Virus record (IMG/VR): IMGVR_UViG_3300032053_000318
Location: 1 to 31,803 of that record
Direction: 5' to 3' (one strand)
DNA from: a virus
Taxonomy: Duplodnaviria > Caudoviricetes
Length of the DNA stretch: 31,803 nucleotides
The notes below the pieces were generated by a model. It saw nothing but the letters and a program-made list of their open reading frames with translations, was not told the DNA's origin and ran no database searches. Positions 26,771 to 31,803 of this stretch are shown in pieces. Positions within the stretch are counted from its first letter, which is position 1. Each line of letters starts with the position of its first letter. Both the position numbers and the translations under genes were made by a program.

Positions 26771-27622
26771 ATGGAAATTAACGTGCGGATAGAACGGGAC
26801 CTTCCGGCCATAGTGCCCGATGCAGTGTCCTTCGAGACCGGGGCCTCCAAAGCCCAACTCGAAACCTCGCTGGCTTACGAGCACCACGGCTCGGAATTCA
26901 CCCCCTTCGACCGTGGGGCTTTGCCCAGTTTCTACGAGGACTTGCTGCTCGGCCGGGCCATGCCCCTGGTATTCGCTACACCCCGTGTTCAAGACATTGA
27001 CACCCTCATGGCCATCGCGTTGTTCCTACATCGAGATCTCGCAACACACCCAGCCACCGCTGGATTCGTCTACACGGTGGACTTCGTGCACCGCCTGGGG
27101 CTACCCGCTTTGGCCCACATCGAAGAAGACCTGGCCCGCTTCTTGTCAGCCCTTAGGGTCTACTTCCCCGACACCGGGATCTCGCAACGTGAGCTGAGCC
27201 ACCGGGTCACCACAGCGGTGGGGTGGATCCGAGAGTACATCCATGAAGGCAAGCTGCCCCTTCTGGGACAGACGCCACACACCGAGGTGCGGATCCTGGA
27301 CCGGGGAACCAACGGGTTTGTGGCGGCTGAAACCCAAGCACCTCTGTGGGACGGCTGGGTCGAGCTGTTTCGAGCCGGGTTCTTACGAGGGATCCTCGTA
27401 GACCACAGCCCAGGAGACCGAAAGCACTGCTTGGTCGCTCGCAAAAGCCAGTTCCTGGGGTTCGACCTACCGTTGGCTTGTCGGGTACTCAACCAGATGG
27501 AACTCGCGATGGGTGAGCTTGCAGACTGGACCACCACCCCAGACGGCCTCTGGCTCAAAAGCCCACCCGAAGGGACCCTACTCCTGCTCCGAGACATCCT
27601 GGAAATACTGGTCCGCGTCTGA
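26771..27622 (+). CDS. Hypothetical protein, possibly a divergent DHH/MYG1-like phosphoesterase fold
   Basis: 283-aa ORF fills the gap exactly and is the only credible plus-strand gene. It has EHH, DID-helix and C-terminal ARKS.F..FDL...LN..E...W....SP..GT motifs. The family call is weak. Confidence 0.6.
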   Translation: MEINVRIERDLPAIVPDAVSFETGASKAQLETSLAYEHHGSEFTPFDRGALPSFYEDLLLGRAMPLVFATPRVQDIDTLMAIALFLHRDLATHPATAGFVYTVDFVHRLGLPALAHIEEDLARFLSALRVYFPDTGISQRELSHRVTTAVGWIREYIHEGKLPLLGQTPHTEVRILDRGTNGFVAAETQAPLWDGWVELFRAGFLRGILVDHSPGDRKHCLVARKSQFLGFDLPLACRVLNQMELAMGELADWTTTPDGLWLKSPPEGTLLLLRDILEILVRV

Positions 27623-27633
27623 GGGCTCAGGGC

Positions 27634-29844
27634 TCAGGGCTTCTGCCAAACCAAAAGGGGTTCCCGCTTCATCCCCTTCTTGAAACTGCGAACAGGCATG
27701 TAGACAGGTTCCAAGGGAGTCAACCCCGCCAACTGAACTAACGGGCCCATTGCCAAATCCAACCGCAGACCGCCCACAGGCTTCTGAGGTAGGTTGAGAA
27801 CCAAAAAGCCGCCAGATTTCAAACGCTGTGCCGCCCGTGCCACAACAGACCCCAAAAAGGACTGCACCCACTGCTCGACAGAGGACCCCCGTAACGACGC
27901 CTCAAACTTCTTCCCGTACACCTCCAGATCAAAGTACGGGGGTGAGGTAAACACAAGATCCAAAGCCTCGCCTGGATCAAAAGTTGTTGCATCCGCACAC
28001 TCTATACGGCAGCTCGTCTTGCACTCAAGAGCATCTACCAGAGCTTGATTCCCTTGAGCTGTCTCGGGCTCCAGATCCGTACCAATGTAACGACCAACCC
28101 CAGCCGCCATCGCACCCAAAAGACGCCCACCGTACCCCGCACAAGGGTCCCAAACGACGCCACCCTTAGGGCAGTAATTCTCATACACGTACTTAGCTAC
28201 CGCTGGCCGAAACACCGAAGGCGTCCGACTAAACATCACAACGGCCTTCAACACCCTCTCCGGGGTCGTAGGATGCCCTGAGTCCAGTTGCAGACGGATT
28301 GCTTTCCGCAACGAGGCATCGTTGTGCCACATGTCCCAGGCACTGCGGTCCCCTTGCCGCTTAGCGTGGTAACGGTTAGGAAAGAATGAAGCGCAAGCAG
28401 CCGTCCCAATAGTGCTGTACGGGTGAATCTGACGCCCAGCATCCAAATAGGGGACTAGCTTGTGTATCCTGGTCAACGCCTTCTTTAGCTCAGTTTCATT
28501 AGGAGGGACAACAGGGAAGGGTTTCATCCTTACCCCCAGGAGAGTGTCATTGACCTTAGTCCACTTAGCGCTTTCAGACAGGTGCTCCCAGAGAGCGCTA
28601 CTCCCTCCCAACAGTGCCGTCCAAAAAGAGTCGTCGTGCACTGGATCCGAATGTCTAACGGTAATGACTTTGATGCCGTGTGCCTGAGCCATCTCTTTCT
28701 TCAGCACATCTATGGCCCGCAAACGATGAAACTCGTCTAGGGTACCGTGCCAGGATTCAGAAAACTTGAAGTGCTGATCCCCATGCGCTTCAATGACTAA
28801 CTGGTGCGCTGGGAAGTACCCATCGTAATTGAAGGGCCGCCCTGTAGCGGAGTTGTATAGCTTAGGGTCAGCCCATTCCCACTGGTACGGGCCCAGAAAC
28901 TCAGCAGCCTTGTCTAGAACTAACCTTTGCCAAGCAAGTTTGTTGCGAGTACGAAGACCCAGCTTACGGCAATAGTGTAGAACAGTGATCTGAGCCGATC
29001 CTAGAGATGCGGCAGCTTTAGCTACAATGATGGCCCCAGCCTCATCTGCAAAAGGTTTGAGATCATCTACGGTCCACCCATAGGACTGATCCGTAGATGA
29101 CGCCACAAGTGATGCTTGGTGCTGGGCGGCGGCCTTGGACGCCCAGACAAGACAATCGGGCCACTTCACCCTAAAGGACTGTGTGTCCAGACCATGCGTA
29201 CGAAGGTGTCCTGTAAGAGTCACACCCCTTAGCCCACACTCAGGGCACACAACATAGTCAACACCCTCTTGAAGACCGGCCCACTTCTCGTCCTCAACCT
29301 TAGCACGCACCATCTCCAAAGCCTTGGTATGCGCCTCGTCTCCAGCCCTTACCATGTGATGGGTAAGGGCCTGGTACCCAACAAAGCCACCACCACAGAC
29401 TTCGCACCAGTGATCTGAACCGCGAGCCACATCCCGCTCACGGTACTGCTCAGTGGTTACCCGTGTCTTGCCCTTCCAACTGAGCCCAGCTCTCGTACCG
29501 GCGTCGGAATGCAATCGCTTGGAACGAGCGTCAAAGGCTTCCTTGCCGAAAGCCTGGACCCACTTGGATCGCAATGTGTTGGGACCCACCCCAATACGGG
29601 AGGCAACATCCTTAAAAGCTTCGTTCGTGTGGAACGGCTCAAGGAGTTCTGACTCAGACGCGGTGGACTGCTTGGGATCGTTCCTGTCCCGGGTAGAGCG
29701 AAACTGCTCCTCACCAAGCTGCTCTTTCAAGACCCTTCGGACGGTGTTCGGGCTAGCGCCGACTCGCTTGCAAAGGGAATCCAGGGTCTCACCGCCAAGA
29801 AAAGCGGTGACTAACCCTTCGGGGGTCCAGGAACCTCTACGCAT
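27634..29844 (-). CDS. Multidomain fusion: HTH repeats + zinc fingers + Vsr/DUF559-like PD-(D/E)xK nuclease + amino-DNA methyltransferase
   Basis: Two related HTH units (VGASPNTVR / IGVGPNTLR), Zn fingers CEVC...HH and CPEC...H...H, nuclease motif YDGYFPAHQLVIEAHGDQHF...DVLK, SAM-binding VWDPCAGYGGRLLGA and catalytic FTSPPY. Confidence 0.8.
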   Translation of the reverse strand: MRRGSWTPEGLVTAFLGGETLDSLCKRVGASPNTVRRVLKEQLGEEQFRSTRDRNDPKQSTASESELLEPFHTNEAFKDVASRIGVGPNTLRSKWVQAFGKEAFDARSKRLHSDAGTRAGLSWKGKTRVTTEQYRERDVARGSDHWCEVCGGGFVGYQALTHHMVRAGDEAHTKALEMVRAKVEDEKWAGLQEGVDYVVCPECGLRGVTLTGHLRTHGLDTQSFRVKWPDCLVWASKAAAQHQASLVASSTDQSYGWTVDDLKPFADEAGAIIVAKAAASLGSAQITVLHYCRKLGLRTRNKLAWQRLVLDKAAEFLGPYQWEWADPKLYNSATGRPFNYDGYFPAHQLVIEAHGDQHFKFSESWHGTLDEFHRLRAIDVLKKEMAQAHGIKVITVRHSDPVHDDSFWTALLGGSSALWEHLSESAKWTKVNDTLLGVRMKPFPVVPPNETELKKALTRIHKLVPYLDAGRQIHPYSTIGTAACASFFPNRYHAKRQGDRSAWDMWHNDASLRKAIRLQLDSGHPTTPERVLKAVVMFSRTPSVFRPAVAKYVYENYCPKGGVVWDPCAGYGGRLLGAMAAGVGRYIGTDLEPETAQGNQALVDALECKTSCRIECADATTFDPGEALDLVFTSPPYFDLEVYGKKFEASLRGSSVEQWVQSFLGSVVARAAQRLKSGGFLVLNLPQKPVGGLRLDLAMGPLVQLAGLTPLEPVYMPVRSFKKGMKREPLLVWQKP

Positions 29845-29870
29845 ACCCTGGACTCTACCGAAACCTCCCC

Positions 29871-29918
29871 AAAAAGCAAGAGGGTCAGAGCCAGTTCGTC
29901 TGACTCAGACCCTCTTAC
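29871..29918 (-). terminator. Rho-independent terminator after the sheath gene
   Basis: Minus strand GUAAGAGGGUC-U-GAGUCAG-ACGAA-CUGGCUC-U-GACCCUCUUGC followed by UUUUU: 18 pairs including two G-U, starting ~30 nt after the sheath stop. Confidence 0.8.
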
Positions 29919-29947
29919 GACCCTAAGTGGTTGATTTTGCTTGGGTA

Positions 29948-31803
29948 CTAGACCCGTGCTCGAAGGTTGAAGGTCATCATGATGTACAAAAGAGGAAATA
30001 TTGGAGAGTAGTACATCTCGAAGCGTAGGACGGTAGGGTCCTCGTCGTCGATTGCTGCGGTCATGCCCGTGAAGGCTCCCACAATCTCCGCTTGGACCAA
30101 GCTCTTGAACAAGCTGGTCATGGAAACCACGACCTCGTTGGTGCGGCTCGCCAGGAACTTGGTTCCGATGAAGGAGTCCAAGATTGCCCGCGACTGCTGC
30201 TGCACGAAGTCCGCGATCTGCACCACGGTGGGCAACCGGGTCAGCACCGAGGTCATGTTCGTGGTTAGACCCTGGCGGATTCGGATGATCGGATCCAAGT
30301 CCTCCAGAATCGTGATACCAGCAACTGCCGTTTGGTTGGCCTCAACCGGATCCATGATTCGGGGGATACGGGTAAAGCCCTGGATGCGACGACGGGTGTA
30401 CGGGGTCGCCACGTCAACCGCAGGTGACACAGCAGAACCCGCCACGGCAGCTCCGAAGAAGCTACCGTCCACGAGACTCTCGAACGACTGCCCAAGCGCA
30501 TCGGTCAGGGTAATGACCGACGAATCCGGGTACAGCGCCAAGATACGGCTGGAGTTCAGGCCCTTGGCCACCGTTTGAGCGGAGGTCGGCGACGTGCCGG
30601 ACGCAAACCCAATGAACCCAATACGCTCCGACTGGTTACGGATGTTCGACTGGACTTCGCAGTGTGCCGTCAGGTGCGTGAAGACCGCCGTGCTGGTGGA
30701 GAGCGGGATGATGATGTCCGGCTTGATGTTACCGGGCAGCGGGGTCGCCAACTCGTCGATGGCCGAGTTGAACGCCTGGTCCGACGCCTGGTTCGTGTTG
30801 GGGATCTTCAAGACCTGCTTGATGATCACCAACACAGCACCGTTCAGGATGGCCAAGTAGGCAGCCAACGTGACGCGATTCTCAGCAGAGGTCCTGCCGA
30901 AGTTCGCTTCGATCGTCTTGAGCTGCTGGAAGATTTTCGGCGAGTAGTCCTGCTTCAAGTAGCGGTAGCTGATGAAGTAGAAGTCCCCAACCGTCGGCTC
31001 CACACCGCTCGGGTTGTACGTCGTGAGCGAGGCAGTGTCGTTGACACCCACGCCCACCGTGTTGGAAACGAGAAGTTCCAGGCCACCAATCGAGTAGCGA
31101 GGCACCGAAGGCGACACATGGAAGGTCGGACCGACCTCCAACGTGAAGTAATTCGTGGGTGTGTAGCTGCCCGTTGAGGCCGGGAGAACCGTGAAGCGGA
31201 GCCCCGTGCGTGCATCCGTGTACGTCTGACCCGGAGTACCGGTGCCCGATGACCCTACCGGAGAGGTCGAGGTCACCACGTAGTTGTTCTGGGCATCCTC
31301 GCCAACATCGCCGTCAGTGCCAGGCGTGATGTTCGTACCCGTGGTCGGGTTGAACGCCGAGTTTGCGGAGTTTGCAAACCCGATTGAGGAGGTGGCGGCA
31401 CCCACGGTCAAGGACTCGAACGTGATGTAGTTCTTGCCGCTGATGGGAGCCACGTACGCCACAGCGCCCGTCGCGTAACCCGCCGTATCCATGAGAACAT
31501 CTACCACTTCTTGTGCCTCAACCAACGTCTGACTAGCGAACTGGTTCTGGGTGAACCCAAGAACCGCGTTTGCAGACCCGATGTTGATCAGGATAGCCGA
31601 ACCCGAGTCGTTCGTGGTTGAGGTCAAACGAACCTTGTTCAGGTTCGCCCCCGTGCCCACGCTAGCCACAGAAGCTACCACCGCGTTGATGTCCGCCACC
31701 ACCGCCGCAGCGGTTTGTGCCGGACCCGCCGTCAGCGTAATCGAGTAGTCCACGCCGTTGACACGGACACTGAAAGCATCGTTCAGACCAGCCGTGATGT
31801 TGA
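29948..31803 (-). CDS. Contractile tail sheath protein (5' part outside the window)
   Basis: The frame stays open beyond 31753 to the window edge (NITAGLNDAFSVRVNGV). C-terminal sheath pattern IRIRQGLTT...TVVQIADFV...LDSFIG...YSPIFPLLYIMMTFNL, with ERIGFIG in the core domain. Confidence 0.85.
   Translation of the reverse strand, partial: NITAGLNDAFSVRVNGVDYSITLTAGPAQTAAAVVADINAVVASVASVGTGANLNKVRLTSTTNDSGSAILINIGSANAVLGFTQNQFASQTLVEAQEVVDVLMDTAGYATGAVAYVAPISGKNYITFESLTVGAATSSIGFANSANSAFNPTTGTNITPGTDGDVGEDAQNNYVVTSTSPVGSSGTGTPGQTYTDARTGLRFTVLPASTGSYTPTNYFTLEVGPTFHVSPSVPRYSIGGLELLVSNTVGVGVNDTASLTTYNPSGVEPTVGDFYFISYRYLKQDYSPKIFQQLKTIEANFGRTSAENRVTLAAYLAILNGAVLVIIKQVLKIPNTNQASDQAFNSAIDELATPLPGNIKPDIIIPLSTSTAVFTHLTAHCEVQSNIRNQSERIGFIGFASGTSPTSAQTVAKGLNSSRILALYPDSSVITLTDALGQSFESLVDGSFFGAAVAGSAVSPAVDVATPYTRRRIQGFTRIPRIMDPVEANQTAVAGITILEDLDPIIRIRQGLTTNMTSVLTRLPTVVQIADFVQQQSRAILDSFIGTKFLASRTNEVVVSMTSLFKSLVQAEIVGAFTGMTAAIDDEDPTVLRFEMYYSPIFPLLYIMMTFNLRARV

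Noticed and set aside
27622-27645. agggctc tandem repeat as a target-site duplication of the nuclease-methylase gene
   Set aside because: No matching copy at the other end of the gene, and it is too short to interpret.
1-31803. Extracellular contractile injection system, tailocin or T6SS interpretation
   Set aside because: The intein-bearing helicase, homing-type nucleases, long tape measure and very large baseplate proteins fit a large phage better. No eCIS AAA ATPase or T6SS membrane genes are seen. Capsid genes are not in the window, so this is not formally excluded.

Overview
This 31.8 kb window looks like the tail and baseplate region of a large (jumbo-type) contractile-tailed bacteriophage; the M23 peptidase points to a bacterial host. 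Almost all genes are on the minus strand. In transcription order (right to left) they are: tail sheath (truncated at the window edge), an intrinsic terminator, a ~10 kb accessory block, tail tube, a structured 146-nt intergenic element, two related tail-chaperone-like genes, tape measure, two related tube-initiator/baseplate genes (one carrying an M23 peptidase), baseplate hub, central spike, a free-standing HNH-like endonuclease, a Gly-rich triple-repeat protein, and a >1280-aa baseplate/tail protein that runs off the left edge. The accessory block contains an HTH/Zn-finger/nuclease/methyltransferase fusion, a lone plus-strand DHH-like gene, an XRE-HTH gene, an N-terminally extended UvrD/PcrA helicase with a LAGLIDADG intein, and three small genes. 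The most notable observations are a candidate RNA translational switch after the tube gene, the nuclease-methylase fusion, the helicase block that splits sheath from tube, and a possible pseudo-threefold spike-tip protein. All product calls come from motifs and gene order read by eye, and no database searches were run.
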